The position numbers were made by a program, and so were the translations under genes. From contig OX597819.1 of the NCBI GenBank assembly GCA_951406725.2, forward strand, positions 71,734,001 through 71,798,000: a stretch of DNA of 64,000 bases, read 5' to 3'. Under the pieces are notes generated by a model, which was not told where the DNA came from, ran no database searches, and saw nothing but the letters and a program-made list of their open reading frames with translations. The stretch comes from Octopus vulgaris. Lineage: Eukaryota. Each line of letters opens with the position of its first letter. Position 1 is the stretch's first letter. Positions 1-13,000 of this stretch are shown in pieces.

Positions 1-929
1 GAGAAAGAAGAAGTAATAGAAACGATGGGCGGAAAGGATGGGAAGAAGGTAAACGAAAGGAAGTGTGTGTGTGTTTGTGTGTGTATGTGTGTGTGTGTTT
101 GTGTATGTGTGTGTGTGTGTGTGTGTGTGTACTAGAGTGAGACATTGTCTTTGTATGTGTTTGTGTGCAAGAGAGAGAGAGACAGAGAGAGAGACGTCGT
201 AAAACAAAAGAGGGAAATCATGACAGGCAGAGAAGAGAGATACAGTATATTTAAAAAGGGAGAGAAAAAGGTGGTGGGACAAAGAGAAAACAAACAGGTA
301 GACAGTATATTTAAACAGAGAGAAAGAGAGATAGGGTGGATGGTCAGAGAAGAGAAAGAGAGGCAGGAAACTTAAAGAGAGAGAGAGAGAGAATAATCTT
401 TAACTGGGAGAGAGGGTGAGACAGACAAAGAAGAGAGAGAGAGAGTAGTGAGAAAATTAAAGCTAGAGAAGCAGTTTTGATCGGAGTTCAGTGTTGTAGA
501 TGAGGTGTAGGTCATGTCCACCTCCTCGGTTTCTGTTAGTATACGTTAGACTATGTTAGTGTATGTTAGGGTGAACTTCAATCTAACACCTGATTACTGA
601 CATTGAATAAATTAACTATTGAACTGTGGTGTTCAAAGAATCGTTTCACTGGAAGCTACTTATTGAATATTGGGAATTGATTAATGATTTATCGTTTAGT
701 ATACGACAGGTACTCATGTTATCGACCCGGGTAAATGAGAAAATTTTTCGGCACCTGCTGAAATCAAACAGAAAACAGTGAGTAAATATAGTTTCTAGAA
801 ATAGCAACGAAGTCTCCTTTAAACCACATCCTATTGTTTTAAATAAGAAAAGAACACCATAGATTATATAGTAATTCTCTTAAAAATTCTCGACTTCCTA
901 CTCCGAATCCCCCACCTGATTCTTTTCCT

Positions 930-1340
930 CTCGGTGTCTACAAACGGAGTACTGTGGAGTACAAGACGGGAATTGAAAGCCGATATCTGATGTTGAATGC
1001 ATTGAATGCATTTCTTCACAGAATACTCAAAGGACTGAATCACAAACGCTGAAGTCTTAAGAAGAATCAGTGTGCGGAGCCTGCAGAAGACTGTGGCGGA
1101 AAGAAGAGTGAGACTTGCTGGTCATATTTTTCCGTCTGTCAGAAAGACGAATACTCAAAACATCTCTATAATATGTACCAACAAAAGAACGAAAAAACAG
1201 ATGGAGACACAAGAAGACATGGTGTGCTATCTTCGAAAAAGTCCTTAAGTGACTTAGCATCACCTGGGTTGATGCAAGCTACTCTGCTCAAAAGTAGAAT
1301 GATTGCAGACGTGTTGCTGCTCTATGTACGGCACTAACGG
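930..1340 (+). mobile_element. Degenerate RTE-clade LINE 3' fragment (short duplicate at ~1810-1860)
   Basis: Manual translation LQKTVAERRVRLAGHIFRLSERRILKTSL*..RWRHKKTW..LSITWVDA resembles the RTE C-terminus (RL.W.GH..R...R..K..L...GRP..TW); contains stops. Confidence 0.65.
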
Positions 1341-2511
1341 TTTACCAACCGGTTTCAGGGAAATCATACAAAACTGGACATTCAAAGATTTTCGAAACAA
1401 AACTACCACGTCACCGCACGATCTGCATCGGGTAAAATAATGCATTTACCTTTTTCCCATCGAAGATAGACTTGCGTTAGGGCTTGTGCTCGCTCTCGAA
1501 ATTCTGGACTCGATGATGGCAACCGGATCTATGTCTATTAATTTAAAATAACTGAACAAGTAACATTCTTCCTAAGCCGATACAGGGAACTTGCATTTAT
1601 ACATCTTGATATGGTACAGCAACGTTGGTTAGAAATTGATAGAGTTCATTCAAGTTTACTTTGGAGGACGATTTGTATACAGGCATCCCGATGTAGTGGT
1701 TAATTTACTTGAAAGACCCCTAAAAAGTAGTTTTGGTCTCTCTAGTTCGGAATAGTTCGATTTCTTATCAGAACTTATTCTTTCGTGTCATGTCGACATA
1801 TAATGAATTTTCCAGAAAACTGTGGTGGAAAGAAGAATCAGACTTGCAGGTCACACTCTTCTTTATAGCTCCGGCACCACCAATGGTGGCGGTGGTATTG
1901 GTGGTGTTGCTGATGGTATTGTGCTCGTAGTTGTTGTTAGTGCTTTAGATAGTATTGCTGCTGTTGTCTATTTTGTTTTTGCTGCAGTTGTTGATTGTGT
2001 TGTATGTTTTCCAGTTGTTTTTGTTGTTGCTCGTCTGTCCCCATTTAGTGTTGGTATTGTAGTTGCTGCTGATGTATTTGCTATCAATAAATGTTTCACG
2101 TTTAGTGTTATTTTTGCTATGCAGCATGCAGTCATTATTACACAAAGCGCCTTTGCCTCTCCGCAAAGGAATCTGTCATGGTGGTGATGGGTGTGTTTCC
2201 AGCTAATAAAAGTAAACAGCCACTGTCAGTGAAAGCAACGGCTACGTTTTCGCTGACCAAACAAAGTTGTAAGAGCAGACGACAGCTTCAACGTTACGTC
2301 AACCACATCTATCATGGCGCTCTTCTACCACTCCTCACTCCTCTTCAAACATCACTTCTATTGACATTTTTCATTCCAAATGAAATGGTTTTAGCTGGCA
2401 GCAGGTGATTCAGAAAGATGACTTTCGTTCACCTAATTACTGCAGACATTGAGAGTTTACAAACACAACTTTTTCACTAGAATGTCTGAAACATTATTAG
2501 AGATATAGTTA

Positions 2512-2665
2512 TAGGCATGGCTATGTGGTTAAGAAGTCTCATTTAGAACCACGCAATTTCGTGTTCAGCCCCAACGTGAGACACCTCGGACAAGTGTCCT
2601 CTATTATAGCTCCGGTACCACCAATGTCTTATGAGTGATTTTAGTGGACGGAAACTAAATGAAAT
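2512..2665 (+). mobile_element. tRNA-derived SINE family A, 5' half
   Basis: Matches the head of the copies at 23260, 34030 and 61658 (ggctgtgtggtaag...gtgtcttctactatagc...gacggaaact). Confidence 0.7.
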
Positions 2666-2669
2666 ATAA

Positions 2670-2960
2670 TTTTATCTTTTACTTGTTCCAGTCATTAGAC
2701 TGAGGCCATGCTGGGGCACCAACTTGAAGAATTTTTAGCTGAATGAATCGACCTCGGTACTAGTTTTTTTTATTCTTTCTTTTTAAGCCTGGTACTTAAT
2801 CTATCGGTTTTTTCTTTGCCGAACTGCTAAGTTACGATGACGTAAACACATCAAAACCGGTTATCAAGGGGTGGCTGGGGACAAATACACACACAAGCAT
2901 ACACACATATTCACGTACACGTGTATATTTATATACGACGAAAACTGAAAGAAGCCGGTT
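2670..2960 (-). mobile_element. SINE family A, 3' part
   Basis: Reverse complement of the family A tail (cttttacttgtt.cagtcatt.gactg.ggccatgctgg). Confidence 0.75.
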
Positions 2961-2970
2961 GTATATATTA

Positions 2971-3972
2971 TAGGATGACGCTCCAGCTTTATCAACAGTG
3001 CAAAAATGGGAAGTTGAATTTAGAAGATGAACAGAGAGTCTTGAAGATGACCCAAGATCCTGACGTCCTGCAACTGCCATCAACGAGGAATACATTGATT
3101 GTGTTCACCACGTAGCGACGGGTGACAAGTGATTAACTATAAATCAAATAGCAATACTATTAGCGTATCTTGTGAGAGAATTAAAGTTCTTCTGTGTAAT
3201 GAACTTGGAAGGCTTTCACTCGGTGAGTCCTTTGATATCTAATAGAAATTGCACCGGGCTGATCACCGCACAGAATGATATGACGTTGTTTAGGGTAGAT
3301 CCAGCTGGTTTCCTTGTACGTTTCATAATCCAGGATGAGAGATGGCTTCATCGCCTTGAGCCTGGGACAAGGAGGCACTCTATGCAATGGAAACACCCCT
3401 CCTACTCTACTCCAAACTCTTTTCATCTGCAAGGAAGGTGATGGCCTAAGTTTTTTTGGGTGCAGAAAGCATTGTGTTTATTTGTTATTTTCAAAACGGC
3501 CACGCCACAAATGGAGAGTAGTATGCTAAATTGCTGAGGCAGTTACGAAATGCTATCAATACCAAACGCACAGGAAAACTAGCGAAAGTGGTCTTCTTTC
3601 ATTACAAGAATGCTCCAGTACATAAGCTCTTGCTTTCGATGACTGTTGTGCGTAACTGTGGCTTTGAACTGGTTGAGCACCCTCCCTATTCTCCTTGTTT
3701 GGCCCCATCTGAATATCATCTGTTCCCTCAACATGAAAAAGCACTTCATCGAGACTCAGTATAGTAGTGACGAATACGTTGTATCTGCTGTTGATGACCC
3801 TTTTCACCAAGAGGATAAAAGCTACATCACCAAACCAGATCCAAGCACTGCAGCATCGATTGAAGAAGTATGTTGACCGCAAGGGGGACTAGGGTGAATA
3901 ACAAACTTCATTTAGACACATTCCATGAAAGCATCTTCTATGGTCCTTTGAATCTTGAGGCCGATCCGCGTA
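2971..3972 (+). mobile_element. Decayed mariner transposon (DD34D transposase pseudogene, irritans/Himar-like), 5'-truncated
   Basis: Pieces across frames: SLEDDPRS*RPATA, FIIQDERWLH, SMQWKHP, GKVMA*VF, KRTGKLAKVVFFHYKNAPVH, HPPYSPCLAPSEYHLFP (YSPDLAP motif), KKYVDRKGD; many stops and frameshifts. Confidence 0.9.
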
Positions 3973-3976
3973 TGTA

Positions 3977-4226
3977 TTCTTTTATTCTTTTACTTGTTTC
4001 AGTCATTTGACTGCGTCCATGGTGGAGCACCGCCTTTAGTCGTACAAATCGACCCCAGGACTTATTCTTTGTAAGTCTAGTACTTATACTATCGGTCTCT
4101 TTTGCCGAACCGCAAGGTTACGGATACGTAAACACACCAACATCGATTGTCAAGCGATGGCGGGAGTACAAACACAGAACAGACATACACACACACACAA
4201 ACACACACACACACACACACACACAA

Positions 4227-4273
<47 letters not shown>

Positions 4274-4446
4274 CATTTACGACGAACTTCTTTTAGTTTC
4301 TATCTACCAAATCCACTCAACGCTTTGATCGGCCCGAGGCTACAGTAGAAGAAACTTGGCCAAGGTGACACGCAGTGGGACCGAAACTGCAACCATGTGG
4401 TTGAGAAGTAAGCGGCTTACATCACCACCTGTAGCCACGCCTGCGC
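3977..4446 (-). mobile_element. Full-length SINE family A with internal (CA)n/(TA)n
   Basis: Complete reverse-complement copy, head to tail. Confidence 0.85.
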
Positions 4447-4869
4447 AAACTTTTCGATCAGTTCAAATGTTTGGCTCATATTTGACCAGCAAAGAATCCA
4501 CTTCACTGCGGTTTGCTGTATAGGAACAGATTAAAAAGCTGATTTATTTCATAGCATTGTTTCGCATACTAACCACGCACATGTGGGTGCATGTATGTGT
4601 GTGTGTGTACGTGAGTGCATACTTGTGTGCGTGACTGTATGCGTGTATGTTTCTATATGATGTGTGTCTTTGTGTTTGTTGCCTCCAACCGGTGTTGCAT
4701 CGTTTGCGTCCCCATAAATTAGCAGTTTAGTAAATTAGACCGATAGAATAAGCACAAGACTTTAAAAATTAGCCCCACCCCCAAGAAAAACATAAGGACC
4801 GGAGTCAAGCAGTTCGACTATATCTATAATAACCTCAGTTCAATGACTGGAGCGAGTAAAAGGTAAGAG

Positions 4870-4952
<83 letters not shown>

Positions 4953-5433
4953 TGGGTGAGAGAACAGTGCATGCCATCAAAGTGGCACCGGGGTAAAATA
5001 TACGTAGCCCAGTATACCCACCACGACTACTCGTCTGACAAGTAACCCATCCCGCTCAAAAGCTTCTTGAATAAGTGTTGTTTAAGAATGCTGAACGAAC
5101 CACCCATGTTTCCAGAGGTGAATTATTCAAACCCCAAAGAATTCCTCTCAACACATGGCTGTGATGCTCTCCTAATATTCCTTCTCCTGATGAGAGATGC
5201 ACATACCGTCAGCCACTAAGGGACATGGTCAACTGGTTAAGGTCAAACAACTAACAAGCAAAAGCGTAGGAGTGGCTGTGTGATAAGTAACGTGCTTACC
5301 AACTACATGGTTCCCACTACGAGGCACCTTGGGCAAATGTCTTCTACTATAGCCTCGGGCCGACCAAAGACTTGTGAGTGGATTTGGTAGACAGAAACTG
5401 AAAGAAGCCCGTCGGATATATGTATATATATAT

Positions 5434-6079
5434 ATAATAACAAAGGGTAAAATTAATTAATTAAGAAGTAATCAATAAATTTCACCAAGTAGAATTCGGT
5501 ATGAAAACAGGACCGTTACAGGGTAAATTTTAGTAATATTAATAAAAAGGGTTCAGCAAAGAATTGCCTCACCACACACCGAAGTTCAGAAATAGCAGCC
5601 AAATATCTTAGCCATTTCTTCTACTTTAAAAAGGGTCTTCCAGAGAAAAACCAAAATACTTGAAGGTTATTCACACAGGCAGAGAGTAACGTAACGAAAA
5701 TCAATCAATATCCGATTATCCATAGACGTGCATTTCTGAATTAGGTTTTTACATAAAGAATATTAAAAAATATACTTTACTAACCGTATTCTTCATCAGT
5801 ATGGATTTTCTGTAATAATCCGAAGGTACTAGAAACATTTGAACGAATCTTTCCATATAACGGCGTTAAGCCGCTCATGTTCAATGTTAGTACCGCCAAA
5901 TTCAAAATATGAATGAGAATCGCTTAGCCTCCCCCGCCCTTCCACGTGAGTCTTCAAGTAAAATGCTACAGAAAAAGTCAGCAGCATGTTCTCGGGGAGA
6001 AAGTTCCATTATCAATAATAACAAAGGGTAAAATTAATTAATTAAGAAGTAATCAATAAATTTCACCAAGTAGAATTCG

Positions 6080-6083
<4 letters not shown>
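5434..6083 (-). mobile_element. Non-coding hammerhead-bearing element (retrozyme-like or Penelope pLTR-derived), 581-bp unit plus 69-bp terminal direct repeat
   Basis: 5434-5502 is identical to 6015-6083; no ORF; (TA)n on both sides; internal hammerhead. Confidence 0.75.
5718..5806 (-). ncRNA. Type I hammerhead ribozyme motif
   Basis: Minus strand ATCCATA-CTGATGA-a-GAATacGGTT...AACCtaATTC-a-GAAA-tgcacg-TC-TATGGAT: 7-bp stem I, intact CUGAUGA and GAAA, GUC cleavage triplet. Confidence 0.75.
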
Positions 6084-6120
<37 letters not shown>

Positions 6121-6452
6121 TGAGCGTGTATATGTTTGTGTGTCTGTGTTTGTCCCAGCGATGCGGGTTTGTTTACGTCCCCGTAACATAGCGGTTCGGC
6201 GAAAGATCCCGATAGAATAAGTACTAGACTTATAAAGAATAATTCCTGGGGTCAATTAGCTCGACTAAAAGGTGGTACTCCAGCATGACCACAGTCAAAT
6301 GACTGAAAACAAGTAAAAGAGTAAAAGAGTATTGAGCAGAATATTTGCTATATTCTATCTTTTATACGAAGACAAAACAATGTACTTGATAACACTTCCA
6401 ATCAGTTAAGATAAGATGCTTTGAGAGCCACTGCCTGGTACTGCATCAGGAC

Positions 6453-6563
<111 letters not shown>

Positions 6564-6569
6564 CATCAT

Positions 6570-6640
6570 TGAGTAGTTATATCTTTATCACTTACTTTTT
6601 CTGCACTATCAAGTGCAGTTCTGTGTGCCTTGGGTTAGTT
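6570..6640 (-). mobile_element. R4/Dong 3'-terminal remnant after (ATT)n
   Basis: Similar to 51485-51550 (agtagtt...gcag.tctgtgtgccttgggt). Confidence 0.55.
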
Positions 6641-6689
6641 TATTGTTATTTTTACTGTCTTGAAAGTTCATTATTATTGTTGTTGTTGT

Positions 6690-7119
6690 TAAGACGGTGA
6701 ACTGGCAGAAACGTTAGCACGCCGGGCGAAATGCTTAGCGATTTGAGGTCGACTTTGCCTTTCATCCTTTCATCCTTTCGGGGTCGATAAATTAAATACC
6801 AGTTACGCACTTGGGTCGATGTAATCGACTTAATACCTATGTATGTCCTTGTTTGTCCCCTCTATGTTTAGCCCTACGTGGGTAATAAAGAAATAGGTAT
6901 TTCGTCTGCCGCTACGTTCTGAGTTCAAATTCCGCCGAGGTCGATGTAATGGACTTAATCCGTTTGTCTGTCCTTGTTTGTTCTCTCTGTGTTTAGCCCG
7001 CAGAGTGTCTTCTACTATAGCCTCGAGCCGACCAAATCCTTGTGAGTGAACTTGGTAGACGGAAACTGAAAGAAGCCCGTCGCATATATATATACCCATA
7101 TATATATATATGTATACAA

Positions 7120-7172
<53 letters not shown>

Positions 7173-7385
7173 AATATATTTATGTATATATGTATGTATA
7201 TGTATGTTGTGTTCGTCACTCCATCATTGCTATCCCCGTAACTTAGCGGTTCCGCAGAAGAGACCTATAAAATAAGTACTAGGCTCACAAAGTATACGTC
7301 CTTGGGTTGATTTGTACGACTAAAGGTGCTGCTCCAGCATAACCACAGTCAAATGACTGAAACAAGTAAAGAATAAAAATAAAAG
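6690..7385 (+). mobile_element. SINE family B tandem pieces fused at ~7000 to a 5'-truncated SINE family A
   Basis: Family B head (ctggcagaaacgttagcacgccgggcgaaatg) and tail, followed by family A body and tail. Confidence 0.75.
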
Positions 7386-7399
7386 AATATATAAGGTAT

Positions 7400-7565
7400 G
7401 TATACATGTATATATATGTGCGTGTGTGTGTGTATATGCATGTAGATATATGTGTGTATGTATATATGTATGTATATATATATTATATATATATAATATA
7501 TATACATACATATATATATATGTATGTATATGTATGTATATATATATATATTATACATATATATA

Positions 7566-7625
<60 letters not shown>

Positions 7626-7643
7626 CATATATATACGTATATA

Positions 7644-7682
<39 letters not shown>

Positions 7683-7712
7683 CATATATATACGTATATA
7701 TATATATGTATG

Positions 7713-7746
<34 letters not shown>

Positions 7747-7760
7747 TATACGTATATGTA

Positions 7761-7819
<59 letters not shown>

Positions 7820-7848
7820 GTATGCATGTATTTATATATATATATGTT

Positions 7849-7909
<61 letters not shown>

Positions 7910-7910
7910 G
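7400..7910. repeat. Compound (TA)n/(TATG)n/(GATA)n microsatellite; representative of dozens of such tracts in the window
   Basis: Direct inspection. Confidence 0.95.
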
Positions 7911-8181
7911 GGCATAGATACAGAGAATAATAGGAAATCTAGCAATAATCTGATAAAAAAAAAAGCATCATGTATACTCGATTACATCAAAGGATATAAT
8001 TCAAATTTCTAAAGTTTCCTAAGTGACATTTGCCCTACTTTCTCTAGTAACTGGATTTTCTGCCTGATATTTAATACATCAACCGTCATAAAGATAAAAC
8101 AGAATCAGATACACATTGTGTGAAACAATTGTATTAGTTGATGATTAACATTATTTTTATCTCGTTGTCTTATGTCTACAG

Positions 8182-8208
8182 ATAGAAGCAACGAATCAGT
8201 TTATACTG
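8182..8208 (+). CDS. Candidate 27-nt microexon (possible protease pro-region)
   Basis: ttgtcttatgtctacag|atagaagcaacgaatcagtttatactg|gtaagt; open in phase 1-1 (RSNESVYT). Confidence 0.25.
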
Positions 8209-8221
8209 GTAAGTCTTTATA

Positions 8222-8530
8222 GTGGGACTCCGTCGGTTACTACGATAAGAACTCCAGTTGATCCGATCACCGGAACAGCCTGCTCGTGAAATAGACGTGC
8301 AAGTGGCCGAGTACGTCTTAGGTACGCCTACCTTTAACGTAGTTTTAAGGGGTGCTCAGCGTGAAGCGTGAATGTGATAAGGTTGGCCCTTTGAAACATA
8401 TGTACAACTCAATTTTCCCAGCTGCGTGGACCGGAGCAACGTAAAATAAATTGCCTTTCTCAGGAACACAACTTGTCGTCAGGTATCAAACTCGCTACTC
8501 TACGATCAAAAGCCGCAGACACTTACCCCG
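8222..8530 (-). mobile_element. SINE family D (degenerate); related copies at ~48135-48430 and ~43650-43930
   Basis: Collinear with 48135-48430 (ttgatccgatca.c.gaacag...gtgcaagtg.ccgag). Confidence 0.65.
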
Positions 8531-8704
8531 AAAGCACGTTATAATGGGTTGGATTACGTTAAAAGTACCCAAGGACAAGGAGCGTGTGTGAAACCTTGAG
8601 ACGGATTATATCAAGGACATTTTTCAATTTAGTCCCAGATGTGCATGTTTCAATTTTTTACATACATACACTTCCCCCCCCCACCGAATAGTAGTTGGAG
8701 GAGA

Positions 8705-9400
8705 TGGATGAATATGTGAAAATCATTGAAAAGAGAATACCTACGTTGAACTATTTAGAAATCTGCACTTACTCTACACAGATTACAAGTTCCAGTTTAT
8801 ACCTGTAATTATTGAGGCACCTGGGATATGTAACACACTGCCTAAATACCAATCTTGAGAAATTAGGCTTCTCAAGAACAGAAAGGAGAAAGCTAACTCG
8901 AAGACTACAGATCCAATCCATCACTGGAACTGTAAAAATTTGTAAAACTTTCCAGTTTGTCAGTTAAATATATATGGCAATGTCTATGTATGCATGAGAA
9001 TACATACATAGAACAAAACATACAAATCTGCACATATACATACATACGTACATACAAAAATACCCTGTTGTTGATGTTGAAATTCCAATGAAGGAGCCTT
9101 GGATCTAGGTTAGAAACTGGTTCTTTATTGGCAAGAAATCTTGATATAAAACTGAATGACATACACACACATACATAGATAGATAGATAGATAGATAGAT
9201 ACATACATACATACATACATACAAACATACATACAGACAGACAGACACACACACACACATACATACATCTATCCATACATACATACATACATACACTGAT
9301 ACACTGTTTTTCATGTAGAAATCCCAATGAAGGAGCTTTTGTTCTAGGTTCGAAACCGGCTCTTTATCTATTGGCAATAAAAATTTGAAACAAAACTGAA
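8705..9400 (+). mobile_element. RLE-type (R4-like, family 2) non-LTR element 3' end with duplicated 3' UTR module
   Basis: ENTYVELFRNLHLLYTDYKFQFIPVII...TNLEKLGFSRTERRKLTRRLQIQSITGTVKICKTF, homologous to 57500-57880. Confidence 0.8.
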
Positions 9401-9976
9401 CGATGACATACATATACGCACACGTACACACACATATTTGAACGACCTTGGACAATTAGAAGAGTATATAGTTTTTCGATCAGAAGTTACTTGCTTTTCG
9501 TTGTACTGCTCTCTTATCTGGAGTAACAAATCTTGTTTGGGATCTCACCCTGTACTTTTATCCGAAGGCCACCTATTGATCGACAAAGACGATCACAAAC
9601 ACCACACACGCAAATTTCATTATTTGGATCAATAAGATTGCGAGCATAGCTTATTAAACTAGCACGGATGTATGTATGTATGTATATAAATTTCTGAACA
9701 GGTTATGCATGATTTACAATCCAAGGTGAATGAAAAAAAAATGTAATCGATAAAGCGTAAATAAAAATAATAATAACAAATAACAAATAGGTTTGATCTT
9801 TTTTCTACACCATATATTTCCTGGGAGAAATGGAATGGAAGTTGGAGAGGAAACACGAAGAAAATTTGAAATTTCATATATTTAAGGAAAACTAAATCGG
9901 ATTTACTACGATTTTTTTTAGGCACGTTTATGCTACTGTATGCGCGCACGATAAATAAATAGATAGATAGATAGAC

Positions 9977-10037
<61 letters not shown>

Positions 10038-10038
<1 letters not shown>

Positions 10039-13000
10039 CTTTTTATTGTAGCCACACAGGGCTAAACACAGAATAAAAATGGACGAAATACAATGTAGAA
10101 TTTTTTCTTTTCGAGGTGGGATGGGTGGGGCACAAAAAAAAAAACGTTTGATCAATAGGGATCTGTGGGTTGTGTGGTGTATAAAAAAGCAATATATATA
10201 TATAAAGTTCACAGTTTAGGTGTAGCCTTGGAAAGAAAAACCTACAAAAAAGAACAAGGTCACCTCAGACAGTTCGAAAATGAACACATGAGTAAGTCAC
10301 CTTACCTCTCGTTGTCTCTTTTGGTTACAGATTTACGCTTAAAATAGAATCGTCTTTCATACTGACCATTTTTTCCACTTTTACCCAGTTTTTATTAAAA
10401 CATGCGTTCGACAAAGCCTTCCTCTCTATTCTCATCCTCCTTTTCAAGTGGTACTTGAAAAAGTTGACGAGAGACTGACCAAAGAGGAAGGTGTTTGTTT
10501 GCAGTCCTTTCAAACGCGTCCACCACACACATTCTTTTGCCATAGCCATCAGCGGAACGAAAACCGTTTTCCCTTCTCGTTTAAAGGAAGGTGGTGGAAC
10601 AATATTCACGATAGACTCGGCCGATAAGCGAGCCCGTCCTACACGCGACAACAGCTGTTCGACGAAGGTCCACAGCTCTGAAATATCTGGACACTGCACG
10701 AGTGCGTGCAGAACGGTTTCGATGCTCTGACCGCATCTCGGGCAGGTCGGTCCGGTGATGGTTTTCGAACCGTGCCTGTAGCTCTTCTCTCGAACAGGTA
10801 GTGCGTCTCGATAGCATTGCCAAGCCAGGGATTTCTGGAAGTTATCCATAGGCCCCGGCCCGAACGTCGTCCTGAACAGGCGGGTTAGGAATTTCTCGTC
10901 GACGCCCAGGTTTGCCCCGAGTGTGTCGTCGGACCTCCCCTCCACTAGTCCTCTATAGAACGCTTTAGTCGTTTGTAAGTTGCACAAATTTGACCCCGGT
11001 CGGCAGAGCTGCTGTGGAGCTTGGTGACACTCTCGGTGCCAATCGCCCAGTTTCGGTCTCTTCTTGATCCACGTTTGCAGTTCGGTCAGTGAGACGAGCT
11101 GCGGGAAGGCGCGCCTCAAAAACGGCGCCCACACCTGTTCACCGTCATCGATGAAGTTCCAGAGAGGTCGCAGTCTCAGCGCATGCCTGCGCATCATCAA
11201 CCACGGCATGCTCAGTCCTCCATTCAACGGATGTTGACAGCAAATGGACTTCCTCACCATCGGAACGCCACCCTTCCAAAGGAAGCGGAAGAGTATGCGC
11301 TCCAGTTTGGTGATGGTGGCGTCGGGACAAGGCACGACGGTCAGGCGGTAATCGATGACGGATGCGATGTACGCGTTCGCCACCTCCGCCCGACCTTTTA
11401 GAGACAGCTTTCTCTCGGCCCATGTTTGGCTGAGAGCGACCACTCTACTCGTGATCTCGTCCCAGTTCTTATCCATTTGGAGGTCCGGACTGAACCAGAC
11501 CCCGAGCAATTTAACCGGTCCGTCGGTCTAGCGTCCCACTATTGAGCCGCAGTCGGACGGCATGGGCTTGCTTCTCCAGATGCCGAGTAGCAAACCCACT
11601 GACTTTTCCGGGTTAATCATCGCTCCCGTCACCGTTTCGTATTTTCTTAGTGTCTCGCCTATCATCTGGATGTGCTTGTCGCTCGACATTATGACGGTGA
11701 CATCGTCCGCATATGCCGACACGCTCGTCCCGCAACCCAGTTCCCGTGGGATGTCCCTCAGTGTCGCCAGCTTCCGCAGTAGCGACTCGAGAGTCAATAC
11801 ATACAGAAGCGCCGACAGGGGACACCTCTGACGGACCGAACGCGTGATGTCAAACGATTTCGACAGGTGACCGTTCACTCGAATCACCGATCGGATGCCG
11901 CTATACAAGGCAGCGATCCAACCGCGGAAGACGGGACCGAAGCCAGCCGCCCTGAGGACGGCCGCCAAGTACCGATGCTCGGCCCTATCGAAGGCTTTAG
12001 ACTGATCCAAATTGGTCAGCGCCCCACCCATGCCAGGATCCTTAACTACCCTGTCCACAATGTAGCGCATCAGATGGAGGTTGTCATGTATGGTTCTGCC
12101 CGGCACGGCGCATGTTTGCGCCCTGTCGACCAGTTTACCAATGACAAGCGCCAACCTCTCGGCTATTACTTTGGACAAAATTTTCAAATCTGCGTTGAGC
12201 AGAGTGATGGGCCTGAAATTAATTCCCTTGTTTGGCTTGTTTGGCTCTTTCTTCAGCAACGTCACTGCACCTCGGCTCACGAAACTGGGGATTCTCCCGT
12301 TTTGTTGCCAGTTGCATTAGACTGATGCCAAGATGTCGCCAAACAAGTCTGGCATTTGACAATACAGCTCGTAGGGTAAAGCATCCAATCCAGGCGACTT
12401 ATCCCTCGCGCAGCCCTCCATCGCATCCCGCACGTCAGCGGCTGTGATGGGATTTTCACAACACTCCGCTTCTCTTGCCGAGAGCCGCGACAGGTCGGTC
12501 AGGTAGGCACTGAAATCCATCTCGCGTTCCGACCTACCACTCGCACCAAACAGTCGAGCAAAGTGCTGTTGAAAGGCCTCACACATCCTTTCGGGTTCGA
12601 GAAAATTGCATCCCTGTTGATCTATTAGAGACCGAATGGTGGCTCTGTTGCCACGCTGCGCCTCCGCTACCCGGGCCTCTCGCGCAGCTTCGATCCCTTC
12701 GTTCTTTAAGGCACGAATTTTAGCTCTGACGACGCAACCTTCGTGCTTGGCGTTGAGGTGTTGGTCGAGGGCCATCCTCGCAGCCAGCACGTTGGTTGCG
12801 CTGCCAGTGGTAAGTGCCTCTTCTAGTTTCTTAACCAAGTCTCCCTCTACTCTATTTCGATCTATTGCTAATTCCTTGCTAAACCTAATTGATTCCGATT
12901 TTATTGTCATTTTCAGGGCGAACCACCAGCGGTTGTTAACGACGGCTCCCGTCAGCGCCCTCTTAATTAACTCGCTAATCCGGTTCCTGTAAACCTGTCG

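Larger units (their letters stand above)
5263..6328 (+). mobile_element. SINE family A split by a 650-bp insert in its internal (TA)n
   Basis: Head 5263-5415, tail ~6120-6328. Confidence 0.85.

Noticed and set aside
1822-2187. Hydrophobic 121-aa ORF resembling a membrane protein
   Set aside because: Degenerate (GTT/GCT/GGT)n low-complexity tract appended to an RTE fragment.
7320-7859. Long YI/IY/CV/HT/YLSI-rich ORFs here and throughout the window
   Set aside because: Translations of (TA)n, (TG)n, (TATG)n and (TATC)n microsatellites, which lack stop codons.
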